From IMG/VR virus record IMGVR_UViG_3300036770_003016: a stretch of 64,000 nucleotides of DNA; one strand, 5' to 3'. The notes under the pieces were generated by a model. It was not told the origin of the DNA and searched no databases. It was given only the letters and a program-made list of their open reading frames with translations. Source of the stretch: a virus. This document shows positions 27,939-38,004 of the stretch, one piece after another (within the stretch, counting starts at the first letter, position 1; each line of letters starts with the position of its first letter). The position numbers and the translations under genes were made by a program.

Positions 27939-29170
27939 TACTTACTCCAATTCTTTGCAGCATTAAAATTATTTTTACTGAATTCTAATCTATCTATAAG
28001 TTTTAAAGCACCACCACTCAATCTATCAACAGCAACAAATCCTTCTGGGCCTGTAACTTTGAAACCATCATCAGTTTTCACAAATGTATCTACAGAAGAT
28101 TTTATAGTTTCCAATTTCTTAACTATAATATTTTTTGCTTCAACGATAGAGTTCATTAGATCAAATATAAGTTTTAGTTGTGCTGCATTTGTTCTATAGA
28201 ACCTCATCAGATCATTTTTTTCTGTTAATCGTTTTTGTTTCGTATCTTCTTTTTTAGATGCTAGAATTTCTTTGTTCAATCTTTCTTCAACCCATTTTTG
28301 CAATTCAGTCACATGTCTGGCTGTATTTGTGATTGCTTTACCTTCACGAACTTTAGTATTATTGAAAGTTTTAATTTGCATAAGAATTGTTGGAGATGCA
28401 GCGATACGATTTAGAACTAATGGTGTTATTGATCTAAATGTTCTACCTGCATCAGAAAGAATAGAAGTTATTTCTTTAGTTTCATCTTTAGTAAAAGTTG
28501 CTGTACCAGAAGCATCAACAAAAGACGCATCACGAAACCAAACATCTTTTGTTGTTTTAAAATGACCAATATCTATGTTAAAAGTTGCCTTCAAAGTATC
28601 CATAGATTTACCAAAGTATGCCGTATGAAACACAATACCAATTTGTGCATCCAACATTTTACGAGCCATTATCGTATCAGAAGGAATAGCATATACGATA
28701 GTGTTTGGTTGAAATGTTATATATGAAGTTCCATCTATTTGTCTTCTATCTATATCACCTTTAGTGAACAATAGATCACCCTGATAGATTCCATTGAAAC
28801 CAAGTTTAGGTAAAAATGCAAGTGCAGTTTTAAGTTTAGAATTTAAACCTGGATTAGGATGATTGTTATCAATGTCTTCATCTGTATAGTTTAGTTTGCC
28901 TTCTTTATTGAATACTGATTTAGTACCAACGAAGAACTTTCCGTTATCTGGATTAATACCACAGATAACAGCAGGTGCACCATCCCATTTTGTTGTGACA
29001 TTTATTTTACTTTGAGAATGACCAGCCAACATGTCACGAAGAGATTGAAGAAAGTTTATCGATTCTCTAGCACCCATGATGCCACGATTAAGAACATTAT
29101 CTTCCAAATGTTCAAGATGAAGGTTGGCGCCTTCTTTAGAAGACTCTTTTAAATAATCTTTGAATTTCAT
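27938..29170 (-). CDS. Conserved T4-like protein (DUF6267-like) with KxDG ligase-like motif
   Basis: HLEHLED, TTKWDGAPA, QGDLLF, PEGFVA, LKLIDRLEFS; N-terminus MKFKDYLKE. Confidence 0.75.
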   Translation of the reverse strand: MKFKDYLKESSKEGANLHLEHLEDNVLNRGIMGARESINFLQSLRDMLAGHSQSKINVTTKWDGAPAVICGINPDNGKFFVGTKSVFNKEGKLNYTDEDIDNNHPNPGLNSKLKTALAFLPKLGFNGIYQGDLLFTKGDIDRRQIDGTSYITFQPNTIVYAIPSDTIMARKMLDAQIGIVFHTAYFGKSMDTLKATFNIDIGHFKTTKDVWFRDASFVDASGTATFTKDETKEITSILSDAGRTFRSITPLVLNRIAASPTILMQIKTFNNTKVREGKAITNTARHVTELQKWVEERLNKEILASKKEDTKQKRLTEKNDLMRFYRTNAAQLKLIFDLMNSIVEAKNIIVKKLETIKSSVDTFVKTDDGFKVTGPEGFVAVDRLSGGALKLIDRLEFSKNNFNAAKNWSK

Positions 29171-29196
29171 ATTATCCTTCTTTAATTCGAATAGTA

Positions 29197-29204
29197 TATT
29201 TATG
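29197..29204 (-). promoter_or_regulatory. Late-promoter variant
   Basis: CATAAATA about 27 nt upstream of 29170. Confidence 0.6.
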
Positions 29205-30489
29205 CGAAGAAAGAATCTAAGGCTCCTTTGTTTAGATACTTATCAATCAAATCAAACTTACCTTGTTTCTTACTAAAAGTCCAAACTGGTTCAATATAGA
29301 TTTTATCCATAAACTCATCCAACTGTTCTTTTGGAATGTTCTTTGGCCTTTGCATGATACGCATACCTAATTGACCACAGAAATTGGCTCCATTCTTTAC
29401 CATGTCATCAATCAAGTCATCAGATGCAAAATATCTTTTTGTTTTGATCTTAGGGTCCATGATGTTGACAAACTGATAACCATTCTCACTTAAACATTCA
29501 AATGTTTTACGATTAACGGGCAGATAAAAACCATCTCTCCATTGTTCATATGTAGTGTATCTTGACCATGATTGTTCATCTGCATGTTTGCCATCTGTAT
29601 TGTACTTCTCTGTCGCAAAGTATGGCGGTGAAGTAAACGCACAATCAATTGGTGGAAGAATAGAGTAGTCGAAGTCTTCAGCAGGCTTACGATGTATCTC
29701 TACTCGTTTGGCACCTTCGACAATAAAGAAATCGTCAGTCTTATGTACAGATGGATTACCTTCTAAAAACTTTTCATATTCAATACATTGCTCGAAATAC
29801 TTTTCATATGTTTGATCATTTGGATCAGTACCATAATATTGTTGTGCAGATGAGCAATAAAAACCTGCAAGACGATCACCCCAACCACATGAAGAATCAA
29901 ATACTGTCTTTGCATTTGAAATTTCATAAAGTATTTTGGCAACTTGTGGTTTAAATTGTGTTGCAATATAGGCACTCAAACGAAATGCCATGACATATGA
30001 ATCAACACTCAATTGGTTATTACCAAGACGCCACAACGCAAGAAATACATTACGAAGATTGTCTGAGTTGTTCCAACGATAGATAGGAGATTTGTAACCC
30101 CATGCATCACAATTATATCTAAGTTCTTGATGGAAAAAATTACTTACATCATTAAATGTTGATCCCATCTGAATGACACCAAGACCATAATCTTTATATG
30201 GCCTACCGTAGTCTTCAAACTTCTCTAGAACTTTTACTTTGGCAACATCATGAGGTATCAATATGTGCTTTAAATTAGCCCATGTCAAAGACCAGAATGT
30301 ATGCTTCATTGCTTCATAATTAATGGTACGAAGTGGGCATTTTGGTTTGGTAGTTTCAATAAGACGAATGAGCTCAGATATGATATCTTCTTTATCATAA
30401 CTATCATTTAGTGCTTTCCATTCATCTTTATTCAGAATTGGAACACCATCTACTCTCTTCGACAAAAGATAATTGTACAGATCAGACAT
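29200..30489 (-). CDS. SAM-dependent amino-methyltransferase (N6A/N4C-type), copy 1
   Basis: FDSSCGWGDRL, GTDPN, FTSPPYF. Confidence 0.8.
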   Translation of the reverse strand: MSDLYNYLLSKRVDGVPILNKDEWKALNDSYDKEDIISELIRLIETTKPKCPLRTINYEAMKHTFWSLTWANLKHILIPHDVAKVKVLEKFEDYGRPYKDYGLGVIQMGSTFNDVSNFFHQELRYNCDAWGYKSPIYRWNNSDNLRNVFLALWRLGNNQLSVDSYVMAFRLSAYIATQFKPQVAKILYEISNAKTVFDSSCGWGDRLAGFYCSSAQQYYGTDPNDQTYEKYFEQCIEYEKFLEGNPSVHKTDDFFIVEGAKRVEIHRKPAEDFDYSILPPIDCAFTSPPYFATEKYNTDGKHADEQSWSRYTTYEQWRDGFYLPVNRKTFECLSENGYQFVNIMDPKIKTKRYFASDDLIDDMVKNGANFCGQLGMRIMQRPKNIPKEQLDEFMDKIYIEPVWTFSKKQGKFDLIDKYLNKGALDSFFA

Positions 30490-31045
30490 AATGTAAATAA
30501 CCACCTATAATATATTTAGGACCACTAATTGGTTTCATTCCTATGTGTGGGTGTGTCCACAAAGGAGGAAACATTAACAACCTGCCACAAACAGGTTTCA
30601 CTTTTTGAAGTATAATCGAATCTCTATTGTATTGAAATGCAGTCTCGCCACCTTTATCAACATCGTTCAGATAAAAGAAGTATACAAGAAAACGCCTTGC
30701 AGTGGCGTAATCTTGTACATCGACATGAAACTGAAATTCATCTTCATCATTTGGTAAATATCTTTTGATGCGAAACATTTCGTAACCGACTTGTTCTGGC
30801 CATGCCATAGAATCAATATTGAACTGAGTCATGTACTTGCCTAAATTATACTGCATTACATCTAATAATTTATTTTGTACATCTTCCCACTCTTTATGTT
30901 TTGTAATATTGATTTCTTTGAAAGAACGATGATCTTTTAAAACTGTAGACTCTTGTTGATCTACATTCTTTTCAAATCTTTCAATAATACTTTGACAAAA
31001 TTCTTTTTCCAAAGCATTGTCATAATAAGTTACATAGTGCATCAT
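30482..31045 (-). CDS. 2OG-Fe(II) oxygenase
   Basis: HVD, YLNDV..GGET, FPPLWTHPH, KYI. Confidence 0.9.
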   Translation of the reverse strand: MMHYVTYYDNALEKEFCQSIIERFEKNVDQQESTVLKDHRSFKEINITKHKEWEDVQNKLLDVMQYNLGKYMTQFNIDSMAWPEQVGYEMFRIKRYLPNDEDEFQFHVDVQDYATARRFLVYFFYLNDVDKGGETAFQYNRDSIILQKVKPVCGRLLMFPPLWTHPHIGMKPISGPKYIIGGYLHYV

Positions 31046-32448
31046 ACTTTTAAGTTATTAAAGTTTCTAGTGAATTTACCTTCACGCATACCAAATGTAT
31101 TGATTGGGCCAGTATCTTCATCTTGACCAGAATCTACAATATCAGCTTGTGCAGATACTTCAGCATCATACAGTTTCATCTTCTCTCTGTCAACACCAAT
31201 CACAAATCGTTTAAAATGATTTGGATCACCAAAACGATTCTTCAATTGTTTGACCATCATCTGATTCAGTTGTTGCAATTCTTCATTTGTAATAAGTGCG
31301 AACATGAAGTCAGCCGTTGCAGGTAGACCAAATGACTCTGAAGTATCTTCAAGACCTGGATCAGAATTTGTATAACCACTTCTTGTAGTTTGTGTTGCAC
31401 TAAAGATTGGCAAATCAAACTCTACAGCAAGACCACGAAGTTCTTCAGCAATTGCTTTGATATAACTATACGAGTTTACATTTGCACCAGGTTTCAATCT
31501 TGATGATGTACAAATATTTAGATAGTCGATAAAAATGATTTGTGGTTTGAAATTCTTCTTCAGATTCAATTCATTAAGTAATGATCTAAAATGCAATGAA
31601 TTAGCAGATGCAGTTGGATATTCTTTAATGATTAATTTGCCATGTGTTTTAACTCTGAGTGCTTCAAACTTTCTATCATATTCATTCTTGGTCATGGAAT
31701 GTAAATCTTGCATACTTACATTTAGAAGATTGGCATCAATTCGTTCTGCAATTCTTTCTTCTGCCATTTCCAAAGTAATATACAACACATTCAATCCCTG
31801 CGAAAGACAGGCTGCAGCCATATGACACATGAACATAGATTTACCAACACCAGTACCAGCAAGACAAATACTCAATGTCTTGTTTGGTATTCCACCTTTA
31901 GTTATCTTATTAAAATAATCTAGGTCAAAAGGTATTCTTGATTCTTGTTTGTGGTAAAAATCAAATCGTTCAATATAATCATTTATATAATCGTGACCAA
32001 TATGTGAGTCAAATGATACTGCCAAAGCATTACTTAATAGTTTTGGAATCTCACCTTTAGTTTTAGTTGATGTCGTTCGATTGTCTAATATCTGAACAGA
32101 TTCCATGATCGCATTGTATATTGCCTTATCTTGGCAAAATTTTTCTGTGTTATCGATCAGCCATCGTTCATCAGTATTTACATCACGATCATTTTCTATG
32201 TCATTCAGAATTTCAACAGCATCTTTCAATTGACTTTCTGTTAAATTTCTAGATTCAGTCAGATTGATGATAATAGATTCTTTGCTTGGCAAAGAATTAT
32301 ACTTGTTGATGAATTCTTGAATTTCTAAAAATAAAGTTTTTTCTGAGTTGTTTGTAAAGTAAGTTGGTTGTAAAAATGGAAGGACTTTTCGTGTGTATTC
32401 TTCACTGAAAAGTAGGTTTTTCAAAATTATCGATTCTATTCTGTTCAT
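31042..32448 (-). CDS. 41: Replicative helicase (gp41)
   Basis: AGTGVGKS, LEMAEE, IDYLNIC, SESFGLPATAD, KQLKNR. Confidence 0.97.
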   Translation of the reverse strand: MNRIESIILKNLLFSEEYTRKVLPFLQPTYFTNNSEKTLFLEIQEFINKYNSLPSKESIIINLTESRNLTESQLKDAVEILNDIENDRDVNTDERWLIDNTEKFCQDKAIYNAIMESVQILDNRTTSTKTKGEIPKLLSNALAVSFDSHIGHDYINDYIERFDFYHKQESRIPFDLDYFNKITKGGIPNKTLSICLAGTGVGKSMFMCHMAAACLSQGLNVLYITLEMAEERIAERIDANLLNVSMQDLHSMTKNEYDRKFEALRVKTHGKLIIKEYPTASANSLHFRSLLNELNLKKNFKPQIIFIDYLNICTSSRLKPGANVNSYSYIKAIAEELRGLAVEFDLPIFSATQTTRSGYTNSDPGLEDTSESFGLPATADFMFALITNEELQQLNQMMVKQLKNRFGDPNHFKRFVIGVDREKMKLYDAEVSAQADIVDSGQDEDTGPINTFGMREGKFTRNFNNLKV

Positions 32449-32722
32449 CTTCTATTTGTTTCATTAATAATGTAGTTAAGATATCACCCATCACTTTATG
32501 GAAATCTTGATTGGTGTTGAGTTCATCTATATCCCAATTGCCAGGTTCAACTATTGTGTATTCAAAGTTCATTTTACCTTGGCCATCTTCTTCGGTAACA
32601 CGAACTTTGTGATAATGATACAATACATCTCTGTAATCGTCAAGTAATAATTTTATACCATCGATAGTTTCATCAACCTTAACGAATTCGTAATGCACAT
32701 TTTCATAATATGTATTATGCAT
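32402..32722 (-). CDS. Hypothetical protein at the gp40 position
   Basis: Between uvsX and 41; probable start MHNTYY at 32722. Confidence 0.55.
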   Translation of the reverse strand: MHNTYYENVHYEFVKVDETIDGIKLLLDDYRDVLYHYHKVRVTEEDGQGKMNFEYTIVEPGNWDIDELNTNQDFHKVMGDILTTLLMKQIEDEQNRIDNFEKPTFQ

Positions 32723-33767
32723 TTTCGGTTTCTGGTTCTTCGACTTGAAGAATACTTCCAAAAGAAATTGAATACCTTTGTTTAATAAATTCTTTAAACT
32801 TTTCACTCTTTAAAATGTCCTTCCAAAACTCTTTTGTGTTTGTATCAGCTTCACGATACTTTTCACTTGCGACTTCGCCAGTGTCTTGATCTACCTTTGC
32901 ATACCAACCAGGAGATGGTTTAGCAACAAACTTTCCTTCCATCGCAATTTCAAGAAGACCAGAATACTTGTTGATACCACCATCAAAAGATACGGTGATA
33001 GGAATCTTAGACTTCTCACGAACATATCTAGACTTCTCAATATTGATGATGAAGTTATAGCCGGATAGTTCTGTTCCAGTTTTTTCTTGTTGGCGACCAA
33101 GAATCCAAATCGTATCAGCAGAATAATAAGAACCTGTACCACCACCAACAATATCTTTTGGAAACATACCAATTTCTTTGTATGTGTGATTGACAACAAC
33201 CATTGGTATATCTTTGATTGTCAAATGTGGTGTAATCATACGAAACAGAGATTTGATTTGTTTAGCACGGGTCATGTCTGCAACTGATTTGCCTTCTAAA
33301 CTATCTTCGACTTCTTTTCGTGATGCAAGATTACCAATTGAATCAAGAATGAGAATAACTTTATCATCTTTGGCAAGGCCTTGCAATTGATTCATCACAT
33401 CGTGTTTCAATTCTTCAACATCAGTAATTGGGGTATGAAGAACACGACCCATATCAATATCAAATGTTTCAAAATATTTTTGTGGTGTTCCAAATTCAGA
33501 ATCATAGAACAACACAACAGCATCTTTATATTTTTTAAGATATGCTGATGCCATCAGAAGTGCAAATGCAGTCTTAAAATGTTTTGATGGACCAGCCAAC
33601 ATTGTAAGACCAGGTGTTAAACCACCTTCAAGATTACCAGAGAGTGCAACATTAATCATTGGCACATCTGTGGGAATCATATCTTTCTCGGTAAAGAATT
33701 TAGATTTATCAAGTATAGAAGAATCTTTGATTGTAGTATTCTTCTTCAATTTATCAAGTAATGACAT
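32715..33767 (-). CDS. uvsX: RecA-like recombinase UvsX
   Basis: GPSKHFKT, YDSEFG, DSIGNLAS, DMTRAK, GGTG. Confidence 0.97.
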   Translation of the reverse strand: MSLLDKLKKNTTIKDSSILDKSKFFTEKDMIPTDVPMINVALSGNLEGGLTPGLTMLAGPSKHFKTAFALLMASAYLKKYKDAVVLFYDSEFGTPQKYFETFDIDMGRVLHTPITDVEELKHDVMNQLQGLAKDDKVILILDSIGNLASRKEVEDSLEGKSVADMTRAKQIKSLFRMITPHLTIKDIPMVVVNHTYKEIGMFPKDIVGGGTGSYYSADTIWILGRQQEKTGTELSGYNFIINIEKSRYVREKSKIPITVSFDGGINKYSGLLEIAMEGKFVAKPSPGWYAKVDQDTGEVASEKYREADTNTKEFWKDILKSEKFKEFIKQRYSISFGSILQVEEPETENA

Positions 33768-34558
33768 TAAAAAGTACCTCCATTCATATTGGCAATTTTA
33801 GATTTAGGGACGATCTCGTTATCTTCTAATGATACACTATTTGTAGTGCGTTTGTCAAGCCTTTTAGTCTTTCTTTTATTGGTTACATTCAATCTTTTAT
33901 ATGTTTGATTTGCGGCAATCAATAACAATACTGCCAAAGGATCAAAAACAAATATGATTACCAATATTACAACTCGTACTGCTTTGTCTATAAAGTCTGG
34001 GTCTTCTTTAGTATATAGCATTTCTGCAATGTACTTGATTGGCCCAACTTCTGCCATTAGTTTATTTTCTTCTGTAAGTAATGGCAATTTTTCTTGGCTA
34101 ATTCGTTTTAGTTCTGCCTGTGTTTCTTGTATGGCACGATCTGTTGCTCTAGTTATTCTTTCTGGATCATCACCTGCTTTTTTCAGAAGATAATCTAATC
34201 TTTCTTTGGCAATCTTTTCTTGTGAATTTAATATATCTAATTGTACAGTGTTTGCGCCAACAACAATATTAGATTCAATGTGAGCTCTAGATAGAAAACC
34301 AAATATTCCCATCGAAGTAATGAGCATCAGAAGAACAATTGCTGTTATAAAATAATAACGCATTGCTCGCACAGTAACATTCCAATTGTTATATAACCAG
34401 GATACTGTTACTAACTTTGCAACCTCTAGTACAGTGCCCATGATTACAACTGGCAGAAAAGAACCAGGAAAAATCTGTGCAAGACCAATTACAGAATAAA
34501 ATGCCGCAATAGCCGACAAAGCTATTGCGGTCAGAAAAGGTAATAGTGCTTGCATCAT
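33767..34558 (-). CDS. Multi-pass membrane protein with coiled coil
   Basis: Four hydrophobic segments; ITSMGIFGFLS, GPIKY, FDPLAV. Confidence 0.8.
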   Translation of the reverse strand: MMQALLPFLTAIALSAIAAFYSVIGLAQIFPGSFLPVVIMGTVLEVAKLVTVSWLYNNWNVTVRAMRYYFITAIVLLMLITSMGIFGFLSRAHIESNIVVGANTVQLDILNSQEKIAKERLDYLLKKAGDDPERITRATDRAIQETQAELKRISQEKLPLLTEENKLMAEVGPIKYIAEMLYTKEDPDFIDKAVRVVILVIIFVFDPLAVLLLIAANQTYKRLNVTNKRKTKRLDKRTTNSVSLEDNEIVPKSKIANMNGGTF

Positions 34559-37089
34559 GAGAAGAAACTATCTAATGTATTTCGTTTCTCTACATCCCAG
34601 CCAATACAATTCAAAATGATCTTGATTGGTTCGATGAAAGATTTCTGAAACTGCATTTCATAATCAACATAAGTTTGCAATTCTAATTCCTTTGGCATCC
34701 TAAGTGGATAAGATATGACATTCTCTTTGACTGGATTAGGAGTCTTGAGATATGTGAATCTCAATTTTTCTCCCTCTTTAATCATAGGATATTTTTTATC
34801 TAGTCCAAACTTTTCTAAGTAGTGATTATATAGAATTGCACCTTTGACATGTATTGGAGTTCCTTTCTTGTACATGGTAACTGAATCTGAATACTCAGAG
34901 ATACCATTTACACTTCTAGGAAAAGAAATCTCTTCTACAGGTAATTTTCTAAACTCTTCGTGGAATTCTTCAATATAATCTTGTACTGTACTTTCATCAG
35001 AATTAATAATCAAGCGAATCACTTCTCGCATCTTCTCTTTCACAGCAGCAGGCGTAGAAGATTTGACAACTTCTAGACCCATGATCTTCATATCTGGTTC
35101 GTTGTACTGTACACCTTCGTTATTGTAAACATTCAACACATATCGTTTCTTGGCAGTCCATATTCCTTTGTCTGCAAGAGCCTCTCGTTTCATTTGCATT
35201 TTTTGTTGAAACGCATTGACATACTCAGCAAGTTCCTCGTAGCTCTTATCAATATACGGTTGAATTTTATCCTCACATACCTTATCCATGAAGGCGATGA
35301 TTTTCTTAGTATCGCTTGTTTCTGTGAACACAGAACCCACCAAAGATGAAAGATTGAGATAGATCGAGTCAGTATCCGATGCAATAACATAATCGTTATC
35401 CGTTTTGAGAATTTTGTTTAGATATTGATTTAGTTTCCCTTCGATCCAACGAATAGACAATTGACCAGCAAGTGTGATCGCAAGAGCCTGTCGCAGATCG
35501 TAGAATCTGAAATATTTAGACCCCATTGCACCATAAGCAGAGTTCAAAGAAACTTTTTTTGCAAGTTGAAGATTATTATATCTTGCAACTAGTTTTTCAA
35601 TTTCAATCTTCTTTTTAGGATCTTTCTCGTTCTCGTAATCTTGTTTTGCCTTCAGCATCAACTTCTTAAACTTCTTACGATCTTCATACATCTCTTCCAT
35701 CATCTTAGGTAAGAAACCTTGAATGTCAGTTCTGAAGAATTGGCCATTTGGTGTTAGACATGCATTTTTTAATCCACACTCTTTGATTCGTACTTCTTTG
35801 TTCAACAGTCTTTCTACACTTACACCTTGACCAAGAATATGCATCATAGGTGGTGTATAATCAGAAGTTTCGATCAAAGTCTCTGGTGAGATATTGTACT
35901 GAATCATCAGGTGAGGATACAGACTGTTCAAGTCAAACGATGCGACCCAGTTGTGTAAACCTACCTGTGGGTCTTTTACATATGCACCTTCATATGCTGC
36001 ATCTTTTTCCTTTCTTTCTTTTGGCGGAATAAGAATATTCTTTTCAAGAAGATAAGAATAGATCAGAGAGTCCCACATTCTTGTCTGAGCAAAAACATCT
36101 TCATAATTTGTTTTTGTATCATAGGCAAGAGTGAGAGCCAACTCAATCAATTTCAGTTTGTCTTCAAGTTCAAAAATAAGTTCAACGTCAACGATATTAT
36201 ACTCAATAAATTTTTGAAAGTTTCTTTTGTAGAGGGTATGCAGATTATCATATTCTGAATAGTCTACTTTCTCTTTGTTGAGTTCTGAATATGCAATGTG
36301 ATTCAGAGTATAGTTTTCTTGTGACTTGCCATTTGGAGCATACCATCTGTAAAGATGAATATAGTCTAATAGAGCAACACCAAGAATACCATAACTCTTT
36401 TTGAGTTTGCCTTTGACCATAACTTCTCTCTCAGAAACATAATTCCAAGGCGAGAGTTTTCTACATTCTTGTTCACCAAGAATACGATTGAAACGATTGA
36501 TGATGTATGGAATATCAAAGAATTCCGTATTCCAGCCAGACAAAACATCTGGGCAATATTCTTGCCACCACATCAGAAACTTTTTACATAGAGTGTATTC
36601 ATCAGGACACTCTACATATTTTTCATTTCCTTTTGTGGTGTATTTGCCACAACCAAAAACAATCGTCTCACCACTTAAGTATTTTAAGCAGATTGAAACG
36701 ATTGGTTCTGTTGCCTTGTATGGGTCAGGAAATCCATTCTCTGATCCAACTTCGATATCGATTACAGCAATAGAGATATTATTAATATCCCATTCGATAG
36801 ATCCTTTGTGATGATCAGCAATAAAAGCATACTCATACCTATCATTGCCATAAATTTTAAAGTTCTCAACTTCTTCATACCTTTTTACAAAATCTTTAGC
36901 CTCACGAATAGTTTCAAACTTTTTAGCCTCTAGTGGCTCATTGAAAAGAGTTTTAAACTCTGTTTGTTTTTTAGTTGGCAAATATAAAACTGGAGAGTAC
37001 TCTATTCTATCTTGAATTCGTTTACCATTTTTTATGCCACGATATAGAACATTGTTACCCTGAACTGCTATATTTGTATAATATTTCAT
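34555..37089 (-). CDS. 43: Family B DNA polymerase (gp43)
   Basis: DIEV exonuclease motif, SFDLNSLYP, KVSLNSAYG, SDTDS, KKRY. Confidence 0.98.
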   Translation of the reverse strand: MKYYTNIAVQGNNVLYRGIKNGKRIQDRIEYSPVLYLPTKKQTEFKTLFNEPLEAKKFETIREAKDFVKRYEEVENFKIYGNDRYEYAFIADHHKGSIEWDINNISIAVIDIEVGSENGFPDPYKATEPIVSICLKYLSGETIVFGCGKYTTKGNEKYVECPDEYTLCKKFLMWWQEYCPDVLSGWNTEFFDIPYIINRFNRILGEQECRKLSPWNYVSEREVMVKGKLKKSYGILGVALLDYIHLYRWYAPNGKSQENYTLNHIAYSELNKEKVDYSEYDNLHTLYKRNFQKFIEYNIVDVELIFELEDKLKLIELALTLAYDTKTNYEDVFAQTRMWDSLIYSYLLEKNILIPPKERKEKDAAYEGAYVKDPQVGLHNWVASFDLNSLYPHLMIQYNISPETLIETSDYTPPMMHILGQGVSVERLLNKEVRIKECGLKNACLTPNGQFFRTDIQGFLPKMMEEMYEDRKKFKKLMLKAKQDYENEKDPKKKIEIEKLVARYNNLQLAKKVSLNSAYGAMGSKYFRFYDLRQALAITLAGQLSIRWIEGKLNQYLNKILKTDNDYVIASDTDSIYLNLSSLVGSVFTETSDTKKIIAFMDKVCEDKIQPYIDKSYEELAEYVNAFQQKMQMKREALADKGIWTAKKRYVLNVYNNEGVQYNEPDMKIMGLEVVKSSTPAAVKEKMREVIRLIINSDESTVQDYIEEFHEEFRKLPVEEISFPRSVNGISEYSDSVTMYKKGTPIHVKGAILYNHYLEKFGLDKKYPMIKEGEKLRFTYLKTPNPVKENVISYPLRMPKELELQTYVDYEMQFQKSFIEPIKIILNCIGWDVEKRNTLDSFFS

Positions 37090-37388
37090 TAGATTTTGGG
37101 AATTGCTGATGCTATTGTAATACCTGAACCAAAAATTTTACTGTACTCATTTTCAAGTTCAGTAACCGGATTGTTAATAGTAAGAATGTCAATTATATTG
37201 AAAGTAATTCCTGTTTTAAACTCTTGACTAAACTCTAGAAATGGAACAAATCCCATCATTGGACCATCTTTACTAGGTTGTACAATTACTTGTACAGGCT
37301 CTTTAATAGTAATAGTTTCTTTACTCTGATCAACAACATTACCAATCAATGTTTGATTGGTTTTAAATGTAATTAATTTATTGCTCAT
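37089..37388 (-). CDS. Sm-like small beta protein
   Basis: Typical T4-like ORF upstream of gp43; Y.KIFGSGI tail. Confidence 0.65.
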   Translation of the reverse strand: MSNKLITFKTNQTLIGNVVDQSKETITIKEPVQVIVQPSKDGPMMGFVPFLEFSQEFKTGITFNIIDILTINNPVTELENEYSKIFGSGITIASAIPKI

Positions 37389-37609
37389 GTTGGAATCTCC
37401 GTTTCATAATCAAATACTTTAAGTGTTACCCAGCGTTTAGGGAACAACATTTCTTTTCCAACAAAATCTTTGATGTTGTAATTTGGATCAGGAACTAATC
37501 CAATCAACTCAATTTTGTTATCATAATCTCTGAGATAGAGATCATACTTGTCAGCAGCAATAGTTCTATTCCTAATGGCCAACTTCTTTGCAATTTCTTG
37601 TATACTCAT
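37385..37609 (-). CDS. Hypothetical protein
   Basis: ORF track; EMLFPKRWVT. Confidence 0.65.
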   Translation of the reverse strand: MSIQEIAKKLAIRNRTIAADKYDLYLRDYDNKIELIGLVPDPNYNIKDFVGKEMLFPKRWVTLKVFDYETEIPT

Positions 37610-37983
37610 ACTTTTTCTCCATTAACAAACTTACTAAAATCAGGTGGTTGCCAACCTTCAGGTTTCAAAATTTTACCATCATCTCTACGCAAAACTTGTT
37701 TGGTATCTTTATCAATTTTCCTTAGATTGCTCAATGCACCTTCATCCCAAATTTTATCACAATCCCAGCCTTTTGACAACATATATCCTACAATTACCCA
37801 AATCATATCGAAACAAGCATCGATCTCTTCTACTTCATCATTATTTAAACGAGCATCAGTAAACTCATTGAATTCTTCAACAATAAGTTTATGATAAAGT
37901 TTTGCTTGTGTGGGATTGTTTACAATTGTAGATTGACCTGCAGCTTGCATGAAGACTTGTACATCAGAAAACACTTTAGTCAT
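37606..37983 (-). CDS. MazG-like nucleotide pyrophosphohydrolase
   Basis: LIVEEFNE, EEIDACFD, SNL.K, RRDDGKILKP; GAGG RBS before ATG at 37983. Confidence 0.85.
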   Translation of the reverse strand: MTKVFSDVQVFMQAAGQSTIVNNPTQAKLYHKLIVEEFNEFTDARLNNDEVEEIDACFDMIWVIVGYMLSKGWDCDKIWDEGALSNLRKIDKDTKQVLRRDDGKILKPEGWQPPDFSKFVNGEKV

Positions 37984-38004
37984 TATAACCTCATAAAAAA
38001 AGTA

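Noticed and set aside
11240-37089. Introns or inteins in nrdA, thyX, gp41 or gp43
   Set aside because: All are continuous ORFs of normal length with no splicing motifs seen
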